Part shown: positions 51,161-59,874 of the stretch, one piece after another
Position numbering within the stretch: the stretch's first letter is position 1
How the letters are laid out: every line of letters starts with the position of its first letter
From: Candidatus Poribacteria bacterium
Lineage (GTDB): Bacteria; Poribacteria; WGA-4E; WGA-3G
Assembly: GCA_965197475.1 (NCBI GenBank)
Contig: CBDANF010000003.1
Span: forward strand, 736,001-800,000
Direction: 5' to 3'
Length of the DNA stretch: 64,000 bases
The notes under the pieces: model-generated
Seen by the model: the letters and a program-made list of their open reading frames with translations, nothing else
The model's database searches: none
What the model was told of the DNA's origin: nothing
Made by a program: the position numbers and the translations under genes

Positions 51161-52420
51161 ATGACACAAAAAACAATGCCAACCTCCGACTTTCGTCCGC
51201 TCAATGTTGAAGCCATTCGCGAAGATTTCCCAATCTTTGCAGACACGCCGCCGTTAGCATTCCTTGACAGTGCTGCGTCAACGCAAACACCGCGCCCTGT
51301 CGTTGAGGCGATGGACGCGTATTATGATACTTACCGCTCCAATATACATCGCGGTATCTATCGGATTTCAGAAGAGGCGACAGAACAGTACGAACGCGCA
51401 CGGCAGAAGGTCACAGGATTGATTAACTCAGAACGTTCAAGCCAAATTGTCTTTACGCGGAATACGACGGAATCCATTAACCTCGTAGCATACAGTTGGG
51501 GGAGTGTAAATATCAAGCAAGGGGATGAGATCGTTCTCACCGTCCTTGAACACCATAGCAACCTCGTTCCGTGGCAGATGCTCGCTCAACGCACTGGTGC
51601 GAAACTCCGATTTCTTGAGATAACTGATGGAGGTTTGCTTGACTTCACACAACTGCGCGACGTGCTTTCCGAAAAAACGAAGCTGGTTGCTATAACGCAT
51701 GTTTCTAACGTTCTCGGCACAATTAACCCGATTCAGTCCGTTATTGATGCTGCACACGCTGCTGGTGCAAAAGTTATCGTGGACGCAGCGCAATCGGTGC
51801 CACACTTTCATGTGGACGTTCAGCAACTGGATTGCGATTTTCTCGCATTTTCTGGACATAAGATGTGTGGTCCGACCGGTGTCGGTGTGCTATACGGCAA
51901 ATTGGATCTGCTTGAGGAGATGCCACCGTTTCTCGGCGGCGGTTCAATGATCCGCTCTGTTGAACGTGACATTTCAACCTACGCAGACGTACCCGCGAAA
52001 TTTGAGGCAGGTACCCCGAGCATTGCTGAAGCCATCGGACTTGGCAGTGCTGTAGATTATATTATACAAGCAGGCTTGGCCTCGATTCATGTCCACGAAC
52101 AGGAACTGCTTAAACATGCACATAAATGCCTACAAGAAATTGAAGGCATCACACTTTATGGACCGGCACCGCATCAGAAAGCAGGTGTTATATCGTTTAA
52201 TATGGAAGGTATCCATCCGCACGATGTTGCCGGTATTTTGGATACGCAGAATATTGCTATTCGCGCAGGACATCACTGTGCACAACCATTGATGAAAAAA
52301 TTAGGTGTTATTGCAACTGCCCGTGCCAGTTTTTATCTATACAACACACTTGAAGATGTAGATCGTTTATACGAAGGACTCCAAAAGGCACAGGCACTTA
52401 TGATACGGAGAAAAAAATGA
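51161..52420 (+). CDS. sufS: Cysteine desulfurase SufS
   Basis: LDSAAS, EHHSN, FSGHKMCGPTG, RAGHHCAQP. Confidence 0.97.
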   Translation: MTQKTMPTSDFRPLNVEAIREDFPIFADTPPLAFLDSAASTQTPRPVVEAMDAYYDTYRSNIHRGIYRISEEATEQYERARQKVTGLINSERSSQIVFTRNTTESINLVAYSWGSVNIKQGDEIVLTVLEHHSNLVPWQMLAQRTGAKLRFLEITDGGLLDFTQLRDVLSEKTKLVAITHVSNVLGTINPIQSVIDAAHAAGAKVIVDAAQSVPHFHVDVQQLDCDFLAFSGHKMCGPTGVGVLYGKLDLLEEMPPFLGGGSMIRSVERDISTYADVPAKFEAGTPSIAEAIGLGSAVDYIIQAGLASIHVHEQELLKHAHKCLQEIEGITLYGPAPHQKAGVISFNMEGIHPHDVAGILDTQNIAIRAGHHCAQPLMKKLGVIATARASFYLYNTLEDVDRLYEGLQKAQALMIRRKK

Positions 52421-52806
52421 ACATATATCAGGAAGAACTGCTTGACCATTACGAAAATCCAAGCAACTATGGGACGCTTCCGAACCCTGATATTTCACAT
52501 GAAGAGGATAACCCGTTATGCGGGGACACGATTCGCATTGACCTGATTGTTGAAGATGATACTATCAAAGAGGTGAGGTTTTGTGGACATGGATGCACAA
52601 TTAGTCAAGCCGCTGCCTCCATGCTCACTGAGAAAATTGAAGGCAAATCGCTTGAGGAAGTCAAAAAACTCACAAGAGACGACATCTTGGATATGATCGG
52701 CATTGATTTGGGACCCGTCCGTGTAAAATGTGCTTTGTTGGCTCTCAAAGTTCTCAAGGCTGGTACTTACGGGATCAAGGGCTGGCCCGGCGAAGAAGAT
52801 AAATAA
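52417..52806 (+). CDS. sufU: SUF NifU-like sulfur transfer protein
   Basis: NPLCGD, GCTISQAAAS, RVKCA. Confidence 0.95.
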   Translation: MNIYQEELLDHYENPSNYGTLPNPDISHEEDNPLCGDTIRIDLIVEDDTIKEVRFCGHGCTISQAAASMLTEKIEGKSLEEVKKLTRDDILDMIGIDLGPVRVKCALLALKVLKAGTYGIKGWPGEEDK

Positions 52807-52818
52807 GAAAGGAAGATA

Positions 52819-53130
52819 ATGCCAGAATACTATAAAGTTGCGACAGTTGGTGAAGTGCCACCCGGTACGAAAAAACTTGTTGAAGTAGATTTCGTCCCTG
52901 TGCTACTCTTTAACATAGAAGGCGAGTTTTACGCAATAGAAGATGTTTGCACACATGATGGCGGTCCTCTTGGTGAAGGCTTTCTTAACGGTGATGAGAT
53001 AGAATGCCCACGGCACGGCGCGCGATTTTGCGTCAAAACCGGTAAGGCACTTTGTATGCCCGCTATAGAAGACATTGAATGTTACCCTGTCAAAATTGAG
53101 GACGATGATATATTGGTTTGCATTGACTAA
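52819..53130 (+). CDS. Rieske-type [2Fe-2S] ferredoxin
   Basis: CTH...ECPRHG. Confidence 0.93.
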   Translation: MPEYYKVATVGEVPPGTKKLVEVDFVPVLLFNIEGEFYAIEDVCTHDGGPLGEGFLNGDEIECPRHGARFCVKTGKALCMPAIEDIECYPVKIEDDDILVCID

Positions 53131-53218
53131 TACCCAATTAACCCAATTTGTAGTGTGAGGTCTCTGTGCCTTGCAATGCCGACTTTATCCGAAGACATCG
53201 AATCAAGTTAATTTGGTA
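53131..53218. mobile_element. MITE family B inserted at the ferredoxin stop codon
   Basis: TACCCAATTAAC / GTTAATTTGGTA; the TAA stop codon is duplicated. Confidence 0.85.
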
Positions 53219-53274
53219 TAATTTATTGCTACGTAAGAGTGGAATTACATAATCTACTATAGGAGGAAATCAAA

Positions 53275-53574
53275 ATGGTATCAGAAGAATCTGTATTAGA
53301 AAAAATCAAAGAAATTATTGACCCAGAGATCGGAATTAACATCGTTGACATGGGACTTATCTACGAGGTTGATATCAACGACACAACTGTAGATATTAAG
53401 ATGACCTTAACCAGTCCTGGTTGCCCCGCTGGTGGACAGATCGTCAACGGCGCGCAGCACGTTACCCAGCAGCTGGATGGCGTTGAAGAGGTCAATATCG
53501 AAGTCGTCTGGAATCCGCGTTGGACACCTGAATTGATGAGCGAAGACGCGAAGGACGAACTTGGTATTTTTTAA
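53275..53574 (+). CDS. sufT: DUF59 / SufT Fe-S maturation protein
   Basis: DPEIGINIVDMGLIY, TLTSPGCP, WTPELMS. Confidence 0.9.
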   Translation: MVSEESVLEKIKEIIDPEIGINIVDMGLIYEVDINDTTVDIKMTLTSPGCPAGGQIVNGAQHVTQQLDGVEEVNIEVVWNPRWTPELMSEDAKDELGIF

Positions 53575-53638
53575 GTAGTTATCAGGTAAACTCCAATAAG
53601 CGAATTTTGTAAACACGGACGCATAGAGGAGAAGAATC

Positions 53639-54025
53639 ATGTCAGAAAAGACGTTTACTTCCACTGAATGCTTGATCGTGATAGCATATCTCGGTTTTCT
53701 ACAGTCAGTAAATCGAGAACAAGTTGATCGATCTCTAGCAGAGAGAGAAGTAAGTGAGTTTGGACCACCTCGCACCGAAAAAGGGAGTGAATCTATAAAA
53801 CACCCTGACTATACTTTAGAAGATCTGTTGACACAAATGCCTGAGACTAACGCAAAGAACAAGAAAGCGAAAGTTACACCATTTGGTCCCCCGCGGGCAG
53901 AAAAAGGAAGTTATCCCTTGAAACGTCCCGACTATACGCTGAAAGACTTACTGGACAAGGTTACAGAAAAAAATTCTCATGATGAAATAGACACTGGACC
54001 TCTGGTGGGCAATGAAGTATGGTAG
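53639..54025 (+). CDS. Atypical MazE-like antitoxin
   Basis: C-terminal YTLKDLLDKVT..NSHDEIDTG..VGNEVW matches the MazE tail; overlaps the mazF start. Confidence 0.7.
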   Translation: MSEKTFTSTECLIVIAYLGFLQSVNREQVDRSLAEREVSEFGPPRTEKGSESIKHPDYTLEDLLTQMPETNAKNKKAKVTPFGPPRAEKGSYPLKRPDYTLKDLLDKVTEKNSHDEIDTGPLVGNEVW

Positions 54026-54375
54026 GATCAACAAACGTTCCACTGCGTGGGGATGTTGCATGGATTGATTTTAATCCTCAAGCTGGACATGAACAAGCTG
54101 GTCGTCGTCCGGCTATTGTACTCACTACCAAAGATTTTAACGATAAAACCAGTTTGGTTGTACTTTGTCCGATTACTCGGAGCAGCACGAGGGAACAAAG
54201 AAATCCGTTTGCAATCACGATTCCTGAAGGGTTAGATGTTGATGGAGTTATCCTTGCAGATCAGATTCGTACTATGGATTGGCGAGTGAGAGGAACGGAA
54301 TATATTTGTTCCGTGCCGACAGAGACAGTAGATGCCGTTTTACAGAGAATCGGAGTTCTCTTGAAAATTCTATAG
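54019..54375 (+). CDS. mazF: MazF/PemK endoribonuclease toxin
   Basis: RGDVAWIDFNPQAGHEQAGRRPAIVL, CPIT, DQIRTMDWRVR. Confidence 0.95.
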   Translation: MVGSTNVPLRGDVAWIDFNPQAGHEQAGRRPAIVLTTKDFNDKTSLVVLCPITRSSTREQRNPFAITIPEGLDVDGVILADQIRTMDWRVRGTEYICSVPTETVDAVLQRIGVLLKIL

Positions 54376-54457
54376 GTTCCTAAAATACTCACACAAAGTT
54401 AATGTATCCCACTTGCTATTTCATGATATTTTGAGAGTTTACCAATTTGTGTAAACG

Positions 54458-54853
54458 ATGAGTGACATGGCTACAGTTAGCAAAAGTCCGAAACTTCTTA
54501 AGAAACATGACAACGCCTTTCAGGTAGAATGGAAGGATGGACATGAAAGTTGGTATCCATACACCTACCTGCGGCAGATGTGTCCTTGTGCCGAATGTGC
54601 TATCATCCGGCACGAAGGGAAAGATGTTCATTCTCTCTTTTCGCCACAAGGCGACGGAGATATTACGTTGATTGAAGTTTCGGACGATATTCAACCACTT
54701 GATATCCAGTTGGTTGGTCGCTACGCGCTCCAATTCAGTTGGGATGATGGACACAATACAGGCATCTACCCCTTTGAAATCCTGCGAGAGACGTGTCCTT
54801 GCACGGAATGTGCCCCGTTGCCACCTTTACAAACCGAGGAAAAAACTGAATAA
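54458..54853 (+). CDS. DUF971 (GBBH N-terminal-like) protein
   Basis: WKDGH, LRQMCPCAEC, VGRYALQFSWDDGHNTGIY. Confidence 0.9.
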   Translation: MSDMATVSKSPKLLKKHDNAFQVEWKDGHESWYPYTYLRQMCPCAECAIIRHEGKDVHSLFSPQGDGDITLIEVSDDIQPLDIQLVGRYALQFSWDDGHNTGIYPFEILRETCPCTECAPLPPLQTEEKTE

Positions 54854-55188
54854 TGCAGACAAAACCCTCACTCCCTGAGATTTCACCACAAGAACTGAAA
54901 CAGAAACTGGACGAAAACGGATCAGTGCTGTTACTGGATGTCCGTGAACCGAGCGAATACGACATCGTGCATCTTGAAGGTGCGCGGTTAATACCGCTCA
55001 ACACGTTGCCCCACCATGTGGACAGCCTTCCATCAAACCAAGAAATTGTTGTCTACTGCCATCATGGACAACGTAGTCTCTATGCTACCGCCTATCTACA
55101 TCAAAATGGGTTTACCGATACCAAAAACCTTGTTGGCGGTATTGACCAGTGGGCAGCCGAAATTGATCCAACACTAAGGAGATATTAA
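54853..55188 (+). CDS. Rhodanese-like sulfurtransferase (MoeZ C-terminal-like)
   Basis: LLDVREP, YCHHGQRS, GGIDQWAAEIDP. Confidence 0.92.
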   Translation: MQTKPSLPEISPQELKQKLDENGSVLLLDVREPSEYDIVHLEGARLIPLNTLPHHVDSLPSNQEIVVYCHHGQRSLYATAYLHQNGFTDTKNLVGGIDQWAAEIDPTLRRY

Positions 55189-55191
55189 AAC

Positions 55192-55380
55192 ATGCTTGTA
55201 GAATTTGAAAACCGATCCGGCGAAATGGAACAAGCCGAAATGGAAATTGACGAACCCTGTCCAATCTGTTGTGGTATGCTTTTCCCAGTTGTGGATTCCA
55301 AACCGGAGAGTGGATATCGATGTAGCAGCTGTGGACTCGTTTTTAAGCCTATAGAGGAAGAGAATATCCAATCAACCTGA
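55192..55380 (+). CDS. Small zinc-ribbon protein
   Basis: CPICC...CSSC; GAGG RBS; tightly spaced in the operon. Confidence 0.7.
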   Translation: MLVEFENRSGEMEQAEMEIDEPCPICCGMLFPVVDSKPESGYRCSSCGLVFKPIEEENIQST

Positions 55381-55453
55381 TTTGTAGTGCAAGTTCTCCG
55401 TGCCTCGCAATGCTAACTTTTATTAGAAAACTTCAATTCAAGTTAATTTGGTA
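55365..55453. mobile_element. Degenerate MITE family B copy
   Basis: TATCCAATCAAC...GTTAATTTGGTA; interior similar to the copies at 6857 and 53131. Confidence 0.7.
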
Positions 55454-55480
55454 TAAGTCCAATTTATTTGAGAGAAAATC

Positions 55481-56236
55481 ATGATAAAATATTTGAAAAC
55501 TGGAATTCTAATTATATTCGTTCTTACTATGTCTCAATACTGTCTGGCGGGAACATGGCAAGACAATTTTGCTAATGCCGACACCGCTAAATGGGAGATA
55601 TTTAACATTGCAGCCTGGGAACATGCCCCAGACGTGAACACAGCAAAATGGGAAATCAAGAATGGTGAAGTTTACGGATCAATGCATGAATTATTTAAGA
55701 AGAGCATGTTTTTAACCGGCCAGTTAACATGGCGAAACTATTCAGTATCTTGTCGAGCAAAGTTCGTTGGGAATAAGGATAAGACCGCTATATTAGGGTT
55801 AATTCTACATGCCAGAGTTAAAGAAAACAAACGATATATATTCTTGATTAATTACTTTGATCAGAAAGCAGCAATTGTTGCAGCTGCAGGCAAACTTAAA
55901 CAGGGAGGCGAACCTTTTAAGGGGTGGACTCAAGAAATAGTAAAGTTTGATATAAAATTTGATACCTGGTATTTGTTTTCTGCTTCCGTTGTGGGAAGCA
56001 ACAGCCTCCACTTCAAAATAGAAAATTTGACGCAAGGCAATAACAAGACAGAGTTCAGTACAAATGTAATCGAACCGATAGACAAAGGTGGGTTAACAGG
56101 GTTTTTAGTCGAAAACGCGGATGCGGTGTTTGACGATATCGAAATTAGCGGCAATCGTATCCCCAATGGCGGTACGTTTCCCGTAGAACCACTTAGCAAA
56201 CTCACAACAACGTGGAGCAAACTAAAAAGGAAGTAA
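55481..56236 (+). CDS. Secreted beta-sandwich (DUF1080/ConA-like) protein with C-terminal PVEPLSKLTTTWSKLK motif
   Basis: Signal peptide, WQDNF, WRNYSV, FDDIEISG. Confidence 0.7.
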   Translation: MIKYLKTGILIIFVLTMSQYCLAGTWQDNFANADTAKWEIFNIAAWEHAPDVNTAKWEIKNGEVYGSMHELFKKSMFLTGQLTWRNYSVSCRAKFVGNKDKTAILGLILHARVKENKRYIFLINYFDQKAAIVAAAGKLKQGGEPFKGWTQEIVKFDIKFDTWYLFSASVVGSNSLHFKIENLTQGNNKTEFSTNVIEPIDKGGLTGFLVENADAVFDDIEISGNRIPNGGTFPVEPLSKLTTTWSKLKRK

Positions 56237-56302
56237 AAACTAAACATTGCTGCCAACTTTGTTATGTAGACAGAAGTGGATTTATTATATATCCGCTTAA
56301 GA

Positions 56303-57394
56303 CTATTCAATCTTCCGAAAATCTGGCACTTCTACCGGCACACCCCCATTTGCAATAGATTCCTCTGAAACCAACCCCGGCACCGTAAAATCTATCGTCG
56401 TATAGACATCAATCGGAGGTGGTGTATCGGTGAGAATGCTATCAACAAAATCGCGCACCTTAAAATATTCCCCAAGATCGCCAACATTTTGAGTCTCAAC
56501 AGGCGGGTTTTTCCACCGTTCTGGCAGGAAATCAGACTCAAATTCGGAAAGCGGTTTCCACTGTTCCCCTGATTCAAATTCACTCAACCAAATCTTCGCT
56601 GCAGCACCGAGCCCACGCGAACTCTCATAACACCCTTTCGTTCCCTGAAGACTATAATGGGAATTCGCAGGGCGATTTGAGAGCATGTCAATGCGAATCT
56701 TGATTAACCCACCACCCTCCGTTTTGCAAAGCATCATCACTGTATCCTCCATCGCATGCTCTGGATCGGTATTAACGCCAGTGCCGAGACAACAGACACT
56801 TACAACGCGCTCACCAAACCACTGAAGCACAGGACCAAGGCTATGTGTTGCATAATTACACCGATTAATGCCTACTTGCCAGTAGTAACACCACGTCGGA
56901 TTGCCACTTGTATCGTGATGGAGCGATTTGATGTTATGGAGGTACTCTCCCTCCCCGAAATACACATCACCAAACAAACCTGCTTCTACGATACTCCGTA
57001 TCAACACATTTGACTTGGAATAGCAAGTATTTTCAGCCATTGTATACTTAGCAGATGAGTTACGAACTGCCCGAACAAGATCATAACATTCTTCTAACTT
57101 GACAGCAGCCGTCACCTCACTGATGACATGTTTTCCTGCTGCTAATGCCTCTATTGACTGCGGAACGTGCAGGTTTTCAGGTGTCGCAAGCACAACAAGG
57201 CCTACTGCATCTAACATTTCTGTATAATCTGTAAACCGATGCGGTACATTAAACCGTTCTGCGACGTTTTGGAGTGTAGTTTCATTGATGTCGCATACTG
57301 CCGTGACATCGGTTTCAGCTATCGCACCAAACGGCTGAAAATAAGAACTCCCTCGGTGTGCCCCAACAATCCCGACCTTCAGTTTATTAGCCAT
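56303..57394 (-). CDS. Gfo/Idh/MocA oxidoreductase
   Basis: VGIVGA, GKHVISEV, EGEYLH, YATHSLGP. Confidence 0.9.
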   Translation of the reverse strand: MANKLKVGIVGAHRGSSYFQPFGAIAETDVTAVCDINETTLQNVAERFNVPHRFTDYTEMLDAVGLVVLATPENLHVPQSIEALAAGKHVISEVTAAVKLEECYDLVRAVRNSSAKYTMAENTCYSKSNVLIRSIVEAGLFGDVYFGEGEYLHNIKSLHHDTSGNPTWCYYWQVGINRCNYATHSLGPVLQWFGERVVSVCCLGTGVNTDPEHAMEDTVMMLCKTEGGGLIKIRIDMLSNRPANSHYSLQGTKGCYESSRGLGAAAKIWLSEFESGEQWKPLSEFESDFLPERWKNPPVETQNVGDLGEYFKVRDFVDSILTDTPPPIDVYTTIDFTVPGLVSEESIANGGVPVEVPDFRKIE

Positions 57395-57522
57395 GTATAT
57401 CTCCTTTCTAATATAACGTGAGTTCTAAATAAGGATTCAAGTGTAGTCGTAAGTTGGATAGAGCGGTAGTAGACAAAGTACTCTATAATCCGATAATCTT
57501 GAAAATCCTGGTTCAGACAAAA

Positions 57523-58860
57523 TCACATTAATCCCATACCATAGTTTATCGCCGATTGCATGTGTTTCAACGCAGCATAAATCTGCGGCAGTTCCTCAAA
57601 CCCGTAAGAGATGCGAAACTGCCGTTTACCGATGTCAACCATTTCTCCACTTGGATGGACGCAGTATTCACCTGGAATATAAATCACCTTGGGATGCAGA
57701 TCATGTGAAGGTCCATCTATGTCTTCCTGTCCAGTTGTTCGCGTCAAAAACCTGAAAAAATCGGATGTTGAATCGGTTGCGATGTTCGAGAGAGTCAAGT
57801 AATAATAGAAACCAGCACTCCCACCACTACACGCTTGAACGTTATCACCGAATAATTCAGTTATCCACGTTTTGACCTGTTTCGCCTTCTCTCTATACCC
57901 GTTATTGACTTTCTCAATTTGTGCTTCAATACCGTTGTCAAGCAGATAACTCGCAATTTCCTGATTTATGAGTGGCGCGCTGAAACCGATGTCGCTTGTA
58001 CGTTGGATGATACTGTCGAGAAATTTACCCTTAGGACCGATGAGATAGCCGATGCGTAACCCAGGCGCGAGAATTTTTGACAATGTGCCTATCTTGGACA
58101 CAATACCGAGTTCATCATAGCAGAGTGCAGATTCCAGAGGTTCAACGGTGCTATCATGCACAAGGTCACGGTAGGCATTGTCAAAAAAGAGCGGGATTTT
58201 TCGTCCGACTTCGTGCGAAAGTTCGGTGACAATCTCAACAAGTTCTTGTTTTCGGTGATTAGAGAGAATAGTGCAACTCGGGTTGTTAACCGTCACAACA
58301 TAGAAAAACTGGATAGCCTCTTTTGCACTTCCTAACGTCTTTAGTTTTACCTTCAAAAGATCAGTTTGTAGTCCCGCATTGTCCTCCGGTATTGCAACAA
58401 CAGTAAAACCTTTCCTTTCAAGATCGTTACAATAGATATAATACATCGGATCGGCAGTGAAAACGATGCCAGCAGGGAGTAGATGTGTGATGCTTTCTAA
58501 CAAACTGGTCGCGCCGTTTGCACCGATAACAATGTCTCTCGTGCTGAAGATTTCTGGCGTTATACTGCCGATCCAGTTGTCAACATGGAATTTCTTGAGC
58601 GACTCAATTAGGTTAGGAGAACCTTGCGCACTACCATAATTAAGTGATGCGCGGTACTTTTGAGGGTTAGCGAGAACCGCTTCACAAGCAGTCTGAATTT
58701 GTTGGCGTGGGATTGTGTTTTCGTTGACATACCCCACGCCGAGATTGATATCGTATCCATCCCGAAAACCGGCAGCGAAATCGGTCATCATTCGGTTAAC
58801 AGCAGATGGAACACTTGAAGCTTTTCCGTATTCAGAAAGTAAAACATCGCGCATCTTCAT
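57523..58860 (-). CDS. PLP-dependent class I/II aminotransferase
   Basis: VNNP, DNAY, GTLSKILAPGLRIGY, FRISY. Confidence 0.88.
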   Translation of the reverse strand: MKMRDVLLSEYGKASSVPSAVNRMMTDFAAGFRDGYDINLGVGYVNENTIPRQQIQTACEAVLANPQKYRASLNYGSAQGSPNLIESLKKFHVDNWIGSITPEIFSTRDIVIGANGATSLLESITHLLPAGIVFTADPMYYIYCNDLERKGFTVVAIPEDNAGLQTDLLKVKLKTLGSAKEAIQFFYVVTVNNPSCTILSNHRKQELVEIVTELSHEVGRKIPLFFDNAYRDLVHDSTVEPLESALCYDELGIVSKIGTLSKILAPGLRIGYLIGPKGKFLDSIIQRTSDIGFSAPLINQEIASYLLDNGIEAQIEKVNNGYREKAKQVKTWITELFGDNVQACSGGSAGFYYYLTLSNIATDSTSDFFRFLTRTTGQEDIDGPSHDLHPKVIYIPGEYCVHPSGEMVDIGKRQFRISYGFEELPQIYAALKHMQSAINYGMGLM

Positions 58861-58884
58861 CTTTTGTTGTTGGGATCCGCCTAT

Positions 58885-59790
58885 CTACAGTAAATCTTTG
58901 AGAGCAGATTCAAGCGTGCGATACCGAAATTCGTAACCGCTCGCCTCAGTTTTCTCTGGGAGAACGTTCTGGCTCAGCACAACAAAGTCCGCAAACTCAC
59001 CCATCATTAACTTTAACCCGAACGCGGGGACAGGAAAAATAGTCGGCTTTCGGAGAACGGATCCGAGCGTTTTCGTGAACTCAATGTTTCTGACAGGTGC
59101 TGGGGCTGTCGCATTCAATGCACTGCTAATCTCTTCATTTTCCAAAGCGTGCATCACAATGCCAACCACGTCATCAACGTGAATCCACGACATCCATTGA
59201 TTACCGCTTCCGAGTTTGCCACCGACCCCCATTTTAAAAGGAGGCAGCACTTGTTCCAAAAGTCCACCACCTAAGCCGAGCACAAGTCCGATGCGAACTG
59301 AGACGACGCGTATCTCATACTCACTTGCTTTCTGTGCCTCCGCTTCCCATTCTTGGCAAACTTCAGCGAGAAAATCGGTGCCAGCAGGTGATGCCTCCGT
59401 CCAACTTTCGTCTCCACTGTCACCATACAACCCGATTGCTGACGCGCAAACAAGCACATCCGGTTTGCTATCAGAATCAAATGAAGCAACGAGGTTGCGG
59501 GTAGATAGGATACGACTGTCCCGTATCCGTCTTTTTTTCTCTGCGTTCCACCTTCCTGCAATAGTTTCACCTGCAAGGTGAATCACCGCTTGTACATCTG
59601 ATACCGCTTCTGATGGAAGTCGTTCTGTTTCCGGATTCCAAGCATAGGTTTCTTTTACGGATTGTAATTTAGTTTTGGCGCGTGCAGGATCGCGAGACAC
59701 CACATGCACCTCATAGCCTTTTTCGTGGAGGGCATCACAGACTCGACTTCCGATGAAACCGGTTCCACCGGTGACCAATACTTTTTTCAT
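58885..59790 (-). CDS. TIGR01777-type NAD-dependent epimerase
   Basis: VTGGTGFIG, HLAGE..AGRW, GSGNQWMSWIH. Confidence 0.92.
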   Translation of the reverse strand: MKKVLVTGGTGFIGSRVCDALHEKGYEVHVVSRDPARAKTKLQSVKETYAWNPETERLPSEAVSDVQAVIHLAGETIAGRWNAEKKRRIRDSRILSTRNLVASFDSDSKPDVLVCASAIGLYGDSGDESWTEASPAGTDFLAEVCQEWEAEAQKASEYEIRVVSVRIGLVLGLGGGLLEQVLPPFKMGVGGKLGSGNQWMSWIHVDDVVGIVMHALENEEISSALNATAPAPVRNIEFTKTLGSVLRKPTIFPVPAFGLKLMMGEFADFVVLSQNVLPEKTEASGYEFRYRTLESALKDLL

Positions 59791-59874
59791 GGTTTACCTC
59801 CAATACACAAACACCCTGGTAGGCGCGGTTTGAAACCACGTCTACAGCGTTGTATAAATATTGTCTGTTTATTT

